Origin: Hypanus sabinus
Taxonomy: Eukaryota
Length of the DNA stretch: 64,000 nucleotides
Assembly (NCBI RefSeq): GCF_030144855.1
Contig: NC_082731.1
Location: forward strand, 21,390,001-21,454,000
Direction: 5' to 3'
Position numbers and translations under genes: made by a program
Notes under the pieces: model-generated
Seen by the model: the letters and a program-made list of their open reading frames with translations, nothing else
The model's database searches: none
Told to the model about the DNA's origin: nothing
Part shown: in pieces, positions 62,760 to 64,000 of the stretch
Position numbering within the stretch: the first letter of the stretch is position 1
Layout of the letters: each line of letters starts with the position of its first letter

Positions 62760-63540
62760 TACTAAAATCCCTTGCCAGTCTGTGACAGTCCAGGATGGAT
62801 GTGCTATTTGTCACTGTGTCCACAATGAACTTCACTGACTCATTATGGTACTGCCTAGTGCACCACCCTTCTCTATTTGAGACTGAGTCTCAAGAAAAAT
62901 ATTCTCTTTGTCTGAATCATGGGCTTCCTTGACATTTTGAAGAATTGTTTTTGAATGGCGCTCCGTTCTGTAATTGACTAGAGATGCATTTTATTTGCTG
63001 AGCAGACCTTTTGACGTTGAATGGAGAATTGCTCCTTCTCATACCGGTAGTTTTTTTTTAATACTATTTAATTAACTTGTTTATTTTTGTTTTTCTTTTA
63101 GCTGCACTCTACTGACATCTCTTTCGGCAGACTTTCTAACTGTACTTGTCTGGTATTTATCATTTTTCGGCAGCTGCTAGCATTATCTCAGAATCTCTTT
63201 CCTGCCAGTTTTCTGCGAGTTGCTAACGATAATTTTCACTCTGCCTGGCCATGGTAATAAAATCATCTGGTGAAAGTTTCAACGGCAGCATTAGTGTCTC
63301 TGACAAGTTGATGCCCAACAGCCCGACAACAATCCTGTCTCCAATGAACTCCTGCCCAAGATCTATATATGCACAGCTGTCTCACAGGACATACAATTCT
63401 GTCATGAACTTATCTACACATTCATCTGGTCCCTTTTTGCTGGAGTTGTACTTTGTTTTCCTGTATATTAGCTTTCTCTGCGAAATATTCATGTTTGATT
63501 GTTTATTTATTATTTCCTTAATTAGCCTTCAAGTTTTATT
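62760..63540 (-). mobile_element. Gypsy LTR retrotransposon gag-protease remnant
   Basis: DECVDKFMTELYVL*DSCAY....EFIGDRIVVGLL...LSETL...ARQ (gag) and VKFIVDT (decayed DTG protease motif, about 62815-62835). Confidence 0.65.
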
Positions 63541-64000
63541 TTCTTCTCAACGATTCTTCTGATATTTCTGAATTCTCTGCTCTCTCTGTTTCTCTGTGCA
63601 CTTCCGTAGACTGGTGCACACCGATTATAACAATGTTTCCACTTATCGAAGTAAGTTGAGGGTGTTAACTTGAAAAACCGTTTATTCATCCCTGGCCTGA
63701 TTGTGCGTGGATTTAGATGTTACCGGTAATTGCTAAAGGGACATCCCAAAGTGATGGCCACAGGATACTCAAACCGAATCAACGTATGGATTATCACCAT
63801 CAGTAGCTTATCAGAAATGGGATCCACTTCCGGGGCAAACGACCACCAAGGCAAGGGTACACATAATGGTAGATTCCACAAGGTTACGCCAACCATACAG
63901 CGTGAAAGCCACTTATCCAGTTCCAATACATACGAAGTAACTCCAACAGTGATTTGCAACAGAGGTGCCTTCTTCACTGAAATACCACAACCACACTGGG

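Noticed and set aside
7935-62818. Other isolated CACAGTG/CACTGTG heptamers (e.g. 7935, 12670, 21430, 28791, 34611, 39504, 42608, 53951, 62812)
   Set aside because: Checked at 12- and 23-nt spacing; none has a credible nonamer.
1-64000. Prokaryotic-type features (CRISPR arrays, operons, rRNA/tRNA genes) and TCR D, J or C exons
   Set aside because: None seen. The only tRNA-like sequence is a SINE head at about 54632-54695.

Overview
Eukaryotic, repeat-rich genomic DNA, most likely from a cartilaginous fish such as a ray (inferred from the CR1/Penelope/tRNA-SINE repeat landscape; not verified by search). It is part of a T-cell receptor alpha/delta-type variable (V) gene cluster. I can support six V segments, each followed by a recombination signal sequence (RSS) with a 23-bp spacer. 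V1 (+ strand, 11674-13658) has an intact leader and V exon but a non-canonical heptamer. V2 (about 23 kb), V3 (29.6-30.5 kb), V4 (36-36.8 kb) and V5 (43-43.8 kb) are minus-strand pseudogenes of one family. V3-V5 lie in three tandemly duplicated cassettes that share a promoter module. V6 (minus strand, 61057-61363) has an intact exon and a usable RSS but no clearly identifiable leader. I found no D, J or C segments. The rest is decayed CR1, RTE and Rex LINEs, two Penelope-like insertions with inverted ends and hammerhead motifs, hAT and Tc1 remnants, Gypsy remnants, a tRNA-derived SINE, microsatellites and two N-gaps. Almost all entries in the ORF track are spurious or repeat-derived. I see no evidence for a wholly new system. 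The most interesting features are the inverted divergent V with a crippled heptamer, the birth-and-death V cassettes, the apparently leaderless V6 and an orphan RSS-like motif beside it. Repeat boundaries are approximate (read by eye).
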